Source of the DNA: an uncultured Gammaproteobacteria bacterium
GTDB lineage: Bacteria > Patescibacteriota > Microgenomatia > UBA8517
Assembly (NCBI GenBank): GCA_965231135.1
Contig: OZ246419.1
Location: 81,028 to 145,027, forward strand
Length of the DNA: 64,000 nt
Reading direction: 5' to 3'
The position numbers were made by a program, and so were the translations under genes. Positions 28,829 through 38,478 of this stretch are shown here, piece after piece. The notes below the pieces were generated by a model. It had not been told where the DNA came from, did no database searches, and worked only from the letters and a program-made list of their open reading frames with translations. Position 1 is the first letter of the stretch; each line of letters starts with the position of its first letter.

Positions 28829-29407
28829 ATGGCAAAAACTGAAGAAGAAAGAATTCAAGAAGAGTTAGATAAATTACAAGTTACAAAGAAAGTGATTCGA
28901 GATAGTATTGGAGGTTTAAGTCCTTTTTTTATGGGTTTAGCGGCAGAAAGTCTAGGATTAGAAAAAACTTCCGAAGGAGATTGGACAGAAGAAGAATATT
29001 TTGAAGCTTTGGAGGATTTCGATACCGAGAAAGCCGGAGAAAGAGCGCAAAAAGTGGGAATGATGATTAATTCTCTTGGCGAAGAATTATCAGAGGAGGA
29101 TCAACAAATTCCTGAATGGCAATTATTATTTGCGGCTTTTAATGAAATCAATGATAAATTGGTGAAGTTTCCTCAAATTGTTGATGATTTATTTTCTGAA
29201 AGAATGCCGATATTCTTATCTGTAGATTTATGGAGAAAAGCGTCTTTTTTAAGTCATATGGCATGGAGATACCAAGAACAGCAGCAAGCTACTAAACAAC
29301 CGATTGAGTGGTTGAGAAGTAAAGATATCGAAATCGCGTGGAATGAAAATCATGATATTGGAATAAGCGAACTCTATCAAAAATTCATGGATGGATATTA
29401 TGATTAG
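28829..29407 (+). CDS. Acidic hypothetical protein
   Basis: ORF only. Confidence 0.45.
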   Translation: MAKTEEERIQEELDKLQVTKKVIRDSIGGLSPFFMGLAAESLGLEKTSEGDWTEEEYFEALEDFDTEKAGERAQKVGMMINSLGEELSEEDQQIPEWQLLFAAFNEINDKLVKFPQIVDDLFSERMPIFLSVDLWRKASFLSHMAWRYQEQQQATKQPIEWLRSKDIEIAWNENHDIGISELYQKFMDGYYD

Positions 29408-29408
29408 T

Positions 29409-30071
29409 TTATCTTGCAATAGTTAAGCCAAAGACTTTTTGAGCCCCACTTTTCTTTAAAATTCTTATTGCTTCCTGGATAGTTGAGCCGGTTGTTGCGA
29501 CGTCATCAAAAACTATGAAAGTTGGATCAGATCCTTCGACTGCGCTCAGGATGGCTCGCAGAGCCTCGTCATTTACCGCAAATTTTCCGCGAATATTCCG
29601 TACCCGTTCAATTGACTTTAAACCAACTTGGGTTTTGCCTTGTGAGGTTCTTGTTAAAATATTATTATCAAATCCCCAATTTAGCTTCTCTGATAACAAT
29701 TTTCCTACTATTTCTGATTGATTAAAGCCACGCCAATTCTCACGGGATTTGTGCAATGGAATTGGCAATAAAACACACTTTTGAGGAAAAGAATGTTTAA
29801 AATTTTCAACTGTCAAATCTGCTAACTCTTTTCCCAAATCAAAGGCGAATTTATATTTTAGTTTTATTATTCCCTTTTGAATTATTCCATCATAGGCAAA
29901 AACTGAAAAAGTTTTAGTTGCCGGATCAAATCTATTTAAAATATGGACTTTGGAAACGCAATCTTCACAGAAATATTTTCCAGATTTATTACAATTAAGA
30001 CAAGTTTTAGGGAAAACAAGATCTAAAAGATCCATCCTGATATATAATAAGGTCATGAAAGTTGAAAACAA
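29409..30071 (-). CDS. ComF-family phosphoribosyltransferase-domain protein
   Basis: N-terminal zinc-finger CLNCNKSGKYFCEDC; C-terminal PRTase motif FIVFDDVATTGST. Confidence 0.8.
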   Translation of the reverse strand: MFSTFMTLLYIRMDLLDLVFPKTCLNCNKSGKYFCEDCVSKVHILNRFDPATKTFSVFAYDGIIQKGIIKLKYKFAFDLGKELADLTVENFKHSFPQKCVLLPIPLHKSRENWRGFNQSEIVGKLLSEKLNWGFDNNILTRTSQGKTQVGLKSIERVRNIRGKFAVNDEALRAILSAVEGSDPTFIVFDDVATTGSTIQEAIRILKKSGAQKVFGLTIAR

Positions 30072-30480
30072 AAGAGCATTTTTTAATTATTTTATCGAAG
30101 AAAGAATCGAAGCCGGAGTTGTACTTACCGGAGGCGAAGCGCGTGCAATTCGCGAAGGACACATAAATTTGAGCAATGCTTATGCCAAAATACTTTCTAA
30201 TGAAGTTTATTTAGTGAATGCAGTTGTACCTATAACTGGCGCCAAAAATTATAACCAATCAAGAAGCCGTAAATTATTACTGAAGAGAAGCGAAATAATA
30301 GCTTTGGAAACAAAAATGAAGCAAAAAAAGCTAACTTTAGTGCCTACAAAAGTTTATACAAAACAAAGATTGGTGAAAGTTGAACTTGGGCTTGCTAAGG
30401 CAAAACATGAATATGAAAAGAAGGAAAGCTTGAAACAAAAAGATATTGAACGAGATATTGAAATGAACCTGAAAAATTGA
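30055..30480 (+). CDS. smpB: SsrA-binding protein
   Basis: NKRAFFNYFIEERIEAGVVLTGGE...KLTLVPTKVYTKQRLVKVELGLAKAKHEYEKKESLKQKD matches the SmpB core; start placed at the internal Met, not track start 29950. Confidence 0.85.
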   Translation: MKVENKRAFFNYFIEERIEAGVVLTGGEARAIREGHINLSNAYAKILSNEVYLVNAVVPITGAKNYNQSRSRKLLLKRSEIIALETKMKQKKLTLVPTKVYTKQRLVKVELGLAKAKHEYEKKESLKQKDIERDIEMNLKN

Positions 30481-30505
30481 CTTTTAGGTTCAAAAAACAT
30501 ATAAT
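30477..30505 (+). promoter_or_regulatory. Sigma-70-type promoter for ssrA
   Basis: TTGACT, 17-nt spacer, TATAAT, ending 9 nt before the tmRNA 5' GGGG. Confidence 0.6.
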
Positions 30506-30514
30506 ATTTGCATT

Positions 30515-30928
30515 GGGGACGATCGGTTTCGACGTTTTAAGTACTTTGAAAATTAGCAAGCAGACATTGAATCTAAGTCTTAACCTAGATTCAAAAAACA
30601 AAAGCTAAATCTAACGATCAAGCTTCTGAAGTAAATCCTTTAATGGCTTTACTTGGTGTTGGTTCTAACCAATCAGCACTTGCTTTTGCTTAATACTAAG
30701 CAAAGCGCGGCATTCTTTTAATTGATCTCGACCATTTAAAAAGAGTGTAAGAAAGAACGAGATAGATATTAATCTTCGATTTAGGATTAAATATCGAAAA
30801 ATTAAATCTTACTTTAAATTTATTTGGTTATTTTAATATTTAGAGGACATTTTTAAACAACATAAGCTTGTAGAACTAATTTCAAAAAACTTTTACGGAC
30901 GAGGGTTCAATTCCCTCCGTCTCCACCA
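30515..30928 (+). ncRNA. ssrA: Transfer-messenger RNA (tmRNA)
   Basis: 5' GGGGACGATCGGTTTCGACG and 3' GGACGAGGGTTCAATTCCCTCCGTCTCCACCA (tRNA-Ala-like T-arm and acceptor with encoded CCA); internal tag ORF ends ...SNQSALAFA-TAA at 30691-30693; adjacent to smpB. Confidence 0.85.
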
Positions 30929-30929
30929 A

Positions 30930-32774
30930 TTAGAGGTTTTTAACGTCTAGGGAATATAATTTGCTTCCTTCAAGAAGAATTATTTTTTTGTCGGTTTCTG
31001 AAACAACTAATTTTGTAGCGTTTTTGATATTGTCATTTAAATATTCACCTTTATAATTACCATCTTTATCTACGACCAATACCCTACTATTTCCAGGATC
31101 AAGAATATATAAATAGTTTGAGTCTTGGGTGGTAAAGATATCTGTAGCTTTAAGGGGTTCGTCAGGATTTTTAAGAGAAAAATCAATTGGGTTACCGCCT
31201 GAAAATCTTAAAATATTTCCATCGCTTGAAAGCAACCAAATATTTCCGTCTATCGTCCAAGCAATTACATTTGATAAATCGGGCTTCACGCCGTCTCCAA
31301 ACCAATTTGTTTTAGCATCGAAATTTCCACCATCACCTGCATAACGCCAGACTGCACTATTGTTTTTATCGAGTAAATATAAATTTCCTGTGTAGGCATA
31401 AATTAAATTATTATTTCCAACACTTGTGTCTGGAGGAATAATATTTGTTGCGCTTTCAACTTCTATATCCCAAATGCCGCCACTACTTGTGACAAAATTG
31501 CGGTCTGAATAAGCTGCAACCATATTTGCATCTGGCATAACATCAGGCCCTGCCACAGGAGTTGCCTGAGATGTTCCGATCACTATACTTTCAAGAATTT
31601 TCTTATTTTTATCCAGGACAACCATTCTGTCATCTGAAGCTGCAATATCATCACCATGAAAATTACTGCTTAACAATGTCAAATCCAGATACATATTTGG
31701 TGTATCTTCATAAATTCCTGCGATTTGGCCAAGGGCACTATTAATATTATTTGAAAGAGATGAAATTTCCGGATCTTTAATATTTTTTGCAATCAATCCA
31801 TCAACCTGGGTCTTTGCTTGCAGAATTAAATCACGAGCTTGACCATTATTTACACTTGCAATACTTTGAGCCTCATCAAGGTCGTGTTGAGCTGAACTTA
31901 AAATTGGCTGGTACTGTGCTTGAAGGCTTAATTTGCTTTGTTGTTTTTTGCCAAAAATAATACTTATAAATAAAAGTAAAAGAAGAATTGCTCCTGCTCC
32001 TGTTGCTATTTTTCTTTTTTTATAACTGACGGGATTGTTTAAATCGCTTTTAACATAAACTTCTTTATTTGGAAACGGAAGAATAGTTAAAATCCTGTCT
32101 ATAATTCCTGCCAAGGCAAGGCGGACTGGACTAATTGGCTTTTTAATATTCTCTTTTGGAATTGGTGCGATCTTGGGGACTGGAATATCAGGCAAATCTT
32201 CCTGAACAGGCGCTGTTGTTGATTCTTCTTTTATAGATTCAAATTTTAGAGAAATTAAACAATCAGAATTTTGCAAAGTTTTATCATTTAACTCGTAAGT
32301 GTTTTTGGTAAAGACGGAAGCGGTTCCAAGGAAAAATTCATCACCATTTAAAATATTTCCTGAAATTGCAGTAATTTCATTCGGATTATCAATAAGCTTT
32401 GAAACAGATTCTCCTCTTTTTACCCAGCCTTCAATATTACCAGCACCTGCAAGAATAATTTTTTCTCCAATAACTGCTGCAGATATGATTTGTAAAGAAT
32501 CTGAAGGAGTTGAAAATGTTTTTAAGATTTCTTCTACAGAATTTTTGAAGTGATTAAAAATATCTCCACTATTACTATTTATGTAAATTTCTTCCAAGCG
32601 AGTGGTAATTTCTTTCCCAAGCTCTGGATGAGAATTATTCATCGAGACAACTGTGAATATGCGGCCTTTAGTGTTAAATAATTCTTCGCTTATTGGCGTG
32701 AAGTCAGCAGAATATACCCAACCGGAAGGGTCAGGATTTCCAGCAAACTTACCGCGGATAATTTTAAAATTCAC
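30930..32774 (-). CDS. Large membrane-anchored hypothetical protein (614 aa)
   Basis: Central TM helix (AILLLLLFISIIF), predicted beta-rich extracytoplasmic C-terminal half; no catalytic motif. Confidence 0.5.
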   Translation of the reverse strand: MNFKIIRGKFAGNPDPSGWVYSADFTPISEELFNTKGRIFTVVSMNNSHPELGKEITTRLEEIYINSNSGDIFNHFKNSVEEILKTFSTPSDSLQIISAAVIGEKIILAGAGNIEGWVKRGESVSKLIDNPNEITAISGNILNGDEFFLGTASVFTKNTYELNDKTLQNSDCLISLKFESIKEESTTAPVQEDLPDIPVPKIAPIPKENIKKPISPVRLALAGIIDRILTILPFPNKEVYVKSDLNNPVSYKKRKIATGAGAILLLLLFISIIFGKKQQSKLSLQAQYQPILSSAQHDLDEAQSIASVNNGQARDLILQAKTQVDGLIAKNIKDPEISSLSNNINSALGQIAGIYEDTPNMYLDLTLLSSNFHGDDIAASDDRMVVLDKNKKILESIVIGTSQATPVAGPDVMPDANMVAAYSDRNFVTSSGGIWDIEVESATNIIPPDTSVGNNNLIYAYTGNLYLLDKNNSAVWRYAGDGGNFDAKTNWFGDGVKPDLSNVIAWTIDGNIWLLSSDGNILRFSGGNPIDFSLKNPDEPLKATDIFTTQDSNYLYILDPGNSRVLVVDKDGNYKGEYLNDNIKNATKLVVSETDKKIILLEGSKLYSLDVKNL

Positions 32775-33001
32775 AGAGTAAAGGCAAAAATGAGCAGTGA
32801 AACTGCAAAAATTAAATGAACAATTCCTAAGATTTTGATTGGTAATTCAAAAGTTAAATTTACTGTCTCACTCATGATTTCAATCTGACGAACAACAACT
32901 AGAGCAAAAACGGAATATACGGAAAGACCGATAATGAAAAATATTTTTAAAATACTATCAATATTTACTGCTGCTGGTATTGCTATGGTTGTTACTGGCA
33001 T
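32771..33001 (-). CDS. Small two-helix membrane protein
   Basis: 76-aa hydrophobic ORF, 4-nt overlap with downstream gene. Confidence 0.4.
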   Translation of the reverse strand: MPVTTIAIPAAVNIDSILKIFFIIGLSVYSVFALVVVRQIEIMSETVNLTFELPIKILGIVHLIFAVSLLIFAFTL

Positions 33002-33002
33002 T

Positions 33003-33659
33003 TTAAGGATGACTTTCTAATCTTAAGTCTGATAAAAGTTTATCAATTTTATCCGGGTGAGGAACAGCCCAAAATTCTACTTCCGGAACTTCAGCTGCTG
33101 TTTGAATAAGAACATCACCATAATCAAAAAGAGTTCTAATAACAGAGCCCATTTTTACAGTTGCATCTTCAATATGATCAAGCTTGGCATCGGTTACTTT
33201 TCTGTAGATTAAATTATCAAAATCGATATCAATTACACGAAGGTTTGTGACAATGTTAACTGTAAAAAACCAACTTAAAAAACCTTGAATTGCGATTGCA
33301 AGAGTTAAAAGATACCAGAAAAGAACTGCAAGGGTTTGAAATTTTAAAGGAAGAAATCCAAGTAAAGGGAAATAATTTAAGATAGCAGGAGCTACAAGCA
33401 TTATAATGACAAGCGTTATCCAGCCTAAATTAGTAATTACATGGCGCCTTACCAAGAGAATAATTTTTTCGTCTGGCTCTTTATTTATAAAGCCAACACC
33501 ATGGGGAAAGTAACAATAAGCACTTAGAGGATTATGGGTGTGATTTGGCAAGTCTTCGACATTACTAGGATTAATATTAAATTTTTGAGTTTCTCCTGAT
33601 GATGGGTTTACGACTGGATCTGTATCTGGCGCATTTACAAAGACATCTGGCATATTCAA
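33003..33659 (-). CDS. Polytopic membrane protein
   Basis: Four hydrophobic helices; no motif. Confidence 0.45.
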   Translation of the reverse strand: MNMPDVFVNAPDTDPVVNPSSGETQKFNINPSNVEDLPNHTHNPLSAYCYFPHGVGFINKEPDEKIILLVRRHVITNLGWITLVIIMLVAPAILNYFPLLGFLPLKFQTLAVLFWYLLTLAIAIQGFLSWFFTVNIVTNLRVIDIDFDNLIYRKVTDAKLDHIEDATVKMGSVIRTLFDYGDVLIQTAAEVPEVEFWAVPHPDKIDKLLSDLRLESHP

Positions 33660-33665
33660 AGTATA

Positions 33666-35450
33666 TCAGTCGTGCTCTATATTATAAAGAGGGCCAACAA
33701 TCTGGATATTTGCAGGGGCACGAAGATTAAAATAATTTTTGAAATCATCACCGTTTACAGTCTCATTTCCTGCATCACCTGATGCTGTAATGCTTGTTGT
33801 GCGGCCAGTTGAAAAATCTACATTTACAGAAATATTACTAATATTATTAAAAGGCGTTACTCCTCTACTTTGGAGCTGACTTCTAACCTGGTCAGGACTC
33901 CATGTGTCAGTTCCTTCAGGATTTGGTTTATCAATCTGGTAAAGATGAGACTCGGTGCTATTGTCCTTTTCAGCAAGAAGAGCAGAATTTACAATGTCTG
34001 CTAATTCTGATGGACGAAGCCAGGCTGTGTGGTTGTTTTCAGCGCGCGACCCCCAATCGCAATAAAAAACAGGAGAAGATTTGTCATATGCGTTGTTATT
34101 TAAATCTGAAAAACTATTTACACTTCCGCTTGCGTCAACAAGACGCTTTGTCCAGGGAGTTGACGACCAACCGATGTCACTTGATGTAAATTCAAAACCG
34201 CCATGAGTTGCAGAGAACCAAGCTTTAATAGGATTTCCTCCATTTGTCATAACAATCCCTTTGGTAGCGTCAACTGCTTGCTGCCAGGCATCGTTATTTA
34301 ATTCCTGTTTTACAACCTGACACGATTGTGACGGACAAATGCTTCCTGAACCATTATTGGTATAAGCTAACGCAAAACTTCTTGCCGCTATTGCTTGAGC
34401 TTTAAGAGCTTCAGCAGGCCAATTAGTCGGCATTTCATAAAGGTGTTTCAGATAATCATCAATATTCCAAGTGGTGTCAAAACTTTGGCCAAATTCATTG
34501 GTACCGACAACATGAATATTAATTCCATCATTATAATTTGTTGTGTAATCGGCATTATAGTAAGCTTGTAAAATAGTTTGAGCATTCTGGCCAGCATTTG
34601 CACGGCCTAAAGCTCCATATTGATTTAGGCCAACACGATTTGGAACTCCATAACTAAAAAATGCAAAAGCAGGACTAAAGCCTGGCGATTTAATTGTTGG
34701 AGAAATATCACTACTACATCCTCCATTCAAATCATATGCACTTCGAGAAATACCAAGACTTGCAAGTTTTGCTGCAATAAAAGCTTGTTGCCTTGCTGAG
34801 ATACTTGCAAGATATGCATTTGCTTTAGCAACTTCACCCGCTAAAAATGTTGCCTGACTTGTTACCTGTTTTTGAACTGTACTAAGAGCATCTTGGCTTT
34901 TTTTGAGAGTATCCTGCTCGTTTTTCAAATCATTAATTTGATTTGCGTAAGAAATAATACTATTAGTATCTGCGCTTTGAACCTTTTGTTCTAAAATTAA
35001 TTGCTGAAAAGCCTGATAGGCATTATTTGATAAAAGAATTAAAAAAAGCGGATCACTATTTGTCCTTAACCTTGTGTAATTATCAACAGTTTTTTGATTA
35101 AGAATTGTTTGAGTAAAACCCAAATCACTTTGTTTACTTGCAATAGTTTGAGAATAAATCTTCAATTGATCTGACATTGCAGAAAGACGAGAGTTTATAC
35201 TATTTAATTGGGATTGAAGAGAGCTTAGGTTTTTTTGATTAGTTTGATTTGCTGCAGAAATACTTGAGGCAATTCCACTTAAAATTTGAGTGCATTGATC
35301 AGTTTTTCCTTCAGCAACAATTTGGGCTGGATCTTCGTTTTGACAATCACTATTAATATCTGCCTTTACAACTCGTACTTTTTCTTCTAAAGAAAAAGTT
35401 ACGGCAAAGAAAAGAAAAACAACAAGAATAAATTTTAAAAATTTGGGCAT
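33666..35450 (-). CDS. Secreted coiled-coil protein with SpoIID/LytB-like domain
   Basis: Signal peptide, Q/S-rich coiled coil, then GVPNRVGLNQYGALGRANAGQNAQTILQAYY resembling the SpoIID/LytB conserved core. Confidence 0.5.
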   Translation of the reverse strand: MPKFLKFILVVFLFFAVTFSLEEKVRVVKADINSDCQNEDPAQIVAEGKTDQCTQILSGIASSISAANQTNQKNLSSLQSQLNSINSRLSAMSDQLKIYSQTIASKQSDLGFTQTILNQKTVDNYTRLRTNSDPLFLILLSNNAYQAFQQLILEQKVQSADTNSIISYANQINDLKNEQDTLKKSQDALSTVQKQVTSQATFLAGEVAKANAYLASISARQQAFIAAKLASLGISRSAYDLNGGCSSDISPTIKSPGFSPAFAFFSYGVPNRVGLNQYGALGRANAGQNAQTILQAYYNADYTTNYNDGINIHVVGTNEFGQSFDTTWNIDDYLKHLYEMPTNWPAEALKAQAIAARSFALAYTNNGSGSICPSQSCQVVKQELNNDAWQQAVDATKGIVMTNGGNPIKAWFSATHGGFEFTSSDIGWSSTPWTKRLVDASGSVNSFSDLNNNAYDKSSPVFYCDWGSRAENNHTAWLRPSELADIVNSALLAEKDNSTESHLYQIDKPNPEGTDTWSPDQVRSQLQSRGVTPFNNISNISVNVDFSTGRTTSITASGDAGNETVNGDDFKNYFNLRAPANIQIVGPLYNIEHD

Positions 35451-35515
35451 GATTTATGATAGCTTACCAAGCTATGCTTATTATACAGGACAGTTGTATG
35501 CTAAAATTGGGGTAA

Positions 35516-36283
35516 ATGTTGAAGAAAATAGTCGGCTTATTTATATTTTTGTTTTTAGGATTATTTTTAAAACCTGGGTTGGTTAATGCCGAAACAATGA
35601 CGTGTAGCGAGACCAGCTTTGATTCTTCTAGAAATTTGCAGATTTGTTTAGGAGGTTTCACGAATGCAAATGAAATAAATAAAGTTAGTTTCAGTGCTTC
35701 TTGTACAGGCTCTGGGGCTGGAATTGTTAACGGTACTACTGTTCAGTGTTCATTTTCCCAACAAGATGCTAATTTATCTGGTATTAGTGCCGTTCCAGAT
35801 AATTCAAATCCTGGAACTTATTATGGATGTTTTACATTACCAACCATAAATCCTGAAGTAAAATCGGCTCGTCTTACTTTTATTGATGGATCTTCTTCTT
35901 GTACTTTAAATGCAGACACATCCACAAATGCGAGCGGTGATGTTTTCCCCGGGCAGAATTCTGGTCCTGGAATTACCCCTACTTGTGTAGTAAATGGAGG
36001 TGGAACTGGTATAAATACAGCTGTTGGTTGTATTCCAATTGATAATCAAAGTGATTTGATTGGCTTTTTCTTACGCTGGGCAATTGGAATTGGCGGAGGA
36101 ATTGCGTTTTTGTTAATTCTTTTTGCAGGATTTCAGATTATGACTTCAAGAGGAGATCCAAACAGACTTAAAGCTGGGCAAGAGCTTATGACTTCTGCTA
36201 TTGCAGGACTTTTACTGTTAATTTTTTCAGTAATAATTCTTCGAATCATTGGAGTTGATATACTACAAATAAAAGGACTTTAA
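35516..36283 (+). CDS. Secreted Cys-rich protein fused to a C-terminal pilin-like two-helix module
   Basis: Sec signal (VNA-ET), ~180-aa Cys-rich domain, then LIGFFLRWAIGIGGGIAFLLILFAGFQIMTSRGDPNRLKAGQELMTSAIAGLLLLIF matching the consensus of the seven downstream paralogs. Confidence 0.55.
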   Translation: MLKKIVGLFIFLFLGLFLKPGLVNAETMTCSETSFDSSRNLQICLGGFTNANEINKVSFSASCTGSGAGIVNGTTVQCSFSQQDANLSGISAVPDNSNPGTYYGCFTLPTINPEVKSARLTFIDGSSSCTLNADTSTNASGDVFPGQNSGPGITPTCVVNGGGTGINTAVGCIPIDNQSDLIGFFLRWAIGIGGGIAFLLILFAGFQIMTSRGDPNRLKAGQELMTSAIAGLLLLIFSVIILRIIGVDILQIKGL

Positions 36284-36285
36284 AA

Positions 36286-36621
36286 ATGAATTTACTTGCA
36301 CAATCACCTATTGATTTTAATGGTATTCAAAGTAAAGGTGAGCCTGATGCAACTTTTTCTGCCAGTACCAAAATTGGAGATATATTAGCAGCTGCTATCC
36401 CCTGGATATTTACAATTGCCGGCATGGTTCTGCTTGTTTATTTAATTTTTGGAGGAATTCAATTAATGTTATCTCGCGGCGATCCGAAAGCTGCCGGAGC
36501 TGCTAAAGCACACATTACAAATGCGTTAGTTGGATTTATAATTATTTTTATTGCTTATTGGGTTGTACAACTTATTGGAATTGTGTTTTATTTACCGGGG
36601 ATAACAAATATATTTAAATAA
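36286..36621 (+). CDS. Pilin-like two-helix membrane protein, paralog 1
   Basis: N-terminal MNLLAQ motif; TM - GGIQLMLSRGDPKAAGAAKAHITNALVG - TM architecture shared across the array. Confidence 0.55.
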   Translation: MNLLAQSPIDFNGIQSKGEPDATFSASTKIGDILAAAIPWIFTIAGMVLLVYLIFGGIQLMLSRGDPKAAGAAKAHITNALVGFIIIFIAYWVVQLIGIVFYLPGITNIFK

Positions 36622-36623
36622 TT

Positions 36624-36938
36624 ATGAAATTAATAGCTCAAGGAGTTGATATTGGTTCACAGTTTAACTCTCCATATGGAGAGACAGCTACGCTTGGTAA
36701 TTTAGTATCTTTAATAGTAAAAATTGGATTTGTAGTTTCGGGAGTTTTAATTTTATTTTTTTTAGTATTTGCAGGATTTTCAATTATTCAAGGAGCTGGA
36801 AGCAATAATCCAGATGCCGCTAAGCGCGGGCAGCAGGCAGCAAGTGCCGCTGTAATTGGTTTCGTTGTTGTTTTTGCAGCCTACTGGATAGTTAGACTGA
36901 TTGAGGTTATAATTAAAGTACCTATTATTTCACAATAA
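36624..36938 (+). CDS. Pilin-like two-helix membrane protein, paralog 2
   Basis: MKLIAQ N-terminus; AGFSIIQGAGSNNPDAAKRGQQAASAAVIG loop between two TM helices. Confidence 0.55.
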   Translation: MKLIAQGVDIGSQFNSPYGETATLGNLVSLIVKIGFVVSGVLILFFLVFAGFSIIQGAGSNNPDAAKRGQQAASAAVIGFVVVFAAYWIVRLIEVIIKVPIISQ

Positions 36939-37298
36939 ATGAGAAACTTAATCGCTCAAGCAACAGCACCAGATATAGGACATGTTCCCCTTCCTACAGC
37001 ACTAAGCAATTTTGGTGATGTGAGCGGTGGCGGAATTGGGAAGTTTTTAAATTTAGTTCTTAAATTACTAATTGTTGGCGGCGGAATTTATGCTCTTTTT
37101 AATTTAGTTTTAGCTGGATATGCATTTTTGTCTGCAGGAGATGACCCGAAAAAAGTTGAGGGTGCGTGGGCAAGAATCTGGCAGACTGCAATAGGATTAC
37201 TGTTTATGGCAGGAGCTTTCGTACTTGCGGCGATATTTGGGAAACTTATATTTAACGACTGGACATTCATTCTTAATCCACAAATTCCAATTATATGA
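36939..37298 (+). CDS. Pilin-like two-helix membrane protein, paralog 3
   Basis: MRNLIAQ N-terminus; AGYAFLSAGDDPKKVEGAWARIWQTAIG loop. Confidence 0.55.
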   Translation: MRNLIAQATAPDIGHVPLPTALSNFGDVSGGGIGKFLNLVLKLLIVGGGIYALFNLVLAGYAFLSAGDDPKKVEGAWARIWQTAIGLLFMAGAFVLAAIFGKLIFNDWTFILNPQIPII

Positions 37299-37654
37299 AA
37301 AATTTAATTGCTGACATACCATTAGGACCAGGGTTTCAAGGAGTGGGACCTTTAGGGACAGGACAAGCATCAGATGCTGGAACAACCTTTAATAGCGCAC
37401 TTTCAAAAGTAATTGGAGTTATGACTGTGGTTGCCTTTATTTGGTTTACTTTTCAAATGGTAATTGGCGCTATTCGCATACTTGCATCTGGCGGAGATAA
37501 AGGGGCAGTTGAAGCAGCACGCAAACAAATTACAACTGGAATTATTGGAGTTGTGATTGTTGTTGCTGCAATCTTTATAGTGAGCTTACTTGGGACAATA
37601 CTTGGGTTGCATAATATTTTGAACCCCATTTGTATAATAAATAATAATTGTTAA
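37295..37654 (+). CDS. Pilin-like two-helix membrane protein, paralog 4
   Basis: MKNLIAD N-terminus; ILASGGDKGAVEAARKQITTGIIG loop; 4-nt overlap with previous gene. Confidence 0.55.
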   Translation: MKNLIADIPLGPGFQGVGPLGTGQASDAGTTFNSALSKVIGVMTVVAFIWFTFQMVIGAIRILASGGDKGAVEAARKQITTGIIGVVIVVAAIFIVSLLGTILGLHNILNPICIINNNC

Positions 37655-38037
37655 TTATGTATAAAAATTTAATAGCACAAGCACAAGGAGGTAGTGGAGG
37701 TTCTGGAGTTAGTAATGGCGGGATAACTAATCCTGCAATTGGGAGTTTAAATAACAATACTGGAGTAGGTTTTGTACAAGAGCTTATCCCCTCTTTGATT
37801 AGTCTTGCATTTCTTGCCGGTGCAATTTTATTTTTCTTTATGTTACTTATCGGAGGTATTCAGTGGGTGACAAGCGGCGGAGATAAAGGAGCAGTTGAGG
37901 CAGCACGGGGAAGAATTGCACAAGCTTTGGTAGGAATAGTTGTACTTTTTAGTGTTTTTGCTATAATAAAACTCATTGAAGGGTTTTTCGGAATTAATAT
38001 TTTAACTCTTGACATTAACCCTTTAATAATTAAATAA
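37648..38037 (+). CDS. Pilin-like two-helix membrane protein, paralog 5
   Basis: MYKNLIAQAQ N-terminus; GGIQWVTSGGDKGAVEAARGRIAQALVG loop. Confidence 0.55.
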   Translation: MLIMYKNLIAQAQGGSGGSGVSNGGITNPAIGSLNNNTGVGFVQELIPSLISLAFLAGAILFFFMLLIGGIQWVTSGGDKGAVEAARGRIAQALVGIVVLFSVFAIIKLIEGFFGINILTLDINPLIIK

Positions 38038-38047
38038 TAAAATACAA

Positions 38048-38425
38048 ATGATGAATTTACTCGCACAAGCACAAAGTGGAACAGGCGGAACAACAGGTGA
38101 ACAAACAATTAATTTACAGCCACAAGCTGGTTTAGTTCCCAGTGTTAGCGGTATAACAATAAGTAGTCTTCTGGGTGGTGCAATTAATTTAATTTTGGTA
38201 GCTGCTGCTTTGATCTTTTTTATAATGCTTGTGATTGGTGGAGTTCAGTGGATCCTTTCTGGAGGAGACAAAGGACAAACTGAAGCTGCAAGAGGAAGGA
38301 TTACAGCTGCTTTAATTGGTTTGGTAATAGTATTTGCCGCTTGGGCAATTGCAAGTTTGGTTGGAAGTTTGTTTGGAATTAATATATTTAGTTTGCAGAT
38401 AACTCCAATATCTAGTTTTAAGTAA
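38048..38425 (+). CDS. Pilin-like two-helix membrane protein, paralog 6
   Basis: MMNLLAQAQ N-terminus; GGVQWILSGGDKGQTEAARGRITAALIG loop. Confidence 0.55.
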   Translation: MMNLLAQAQSGTGGTTGEQTINLQPQAGLVPSVSGITISSLLGGAINLILVAAALIFFIMLVIGGVQWILSGGDKGQTEAARGRITAALIGLVIVFAAWAIASLVGSLFGINIFSLQITPISSFK

Positions 38426-38478
38426 TTTGATTTATTTCTTGCCTATTCCTTGTTTAATTCTTCTTTTTCATTTACAAT

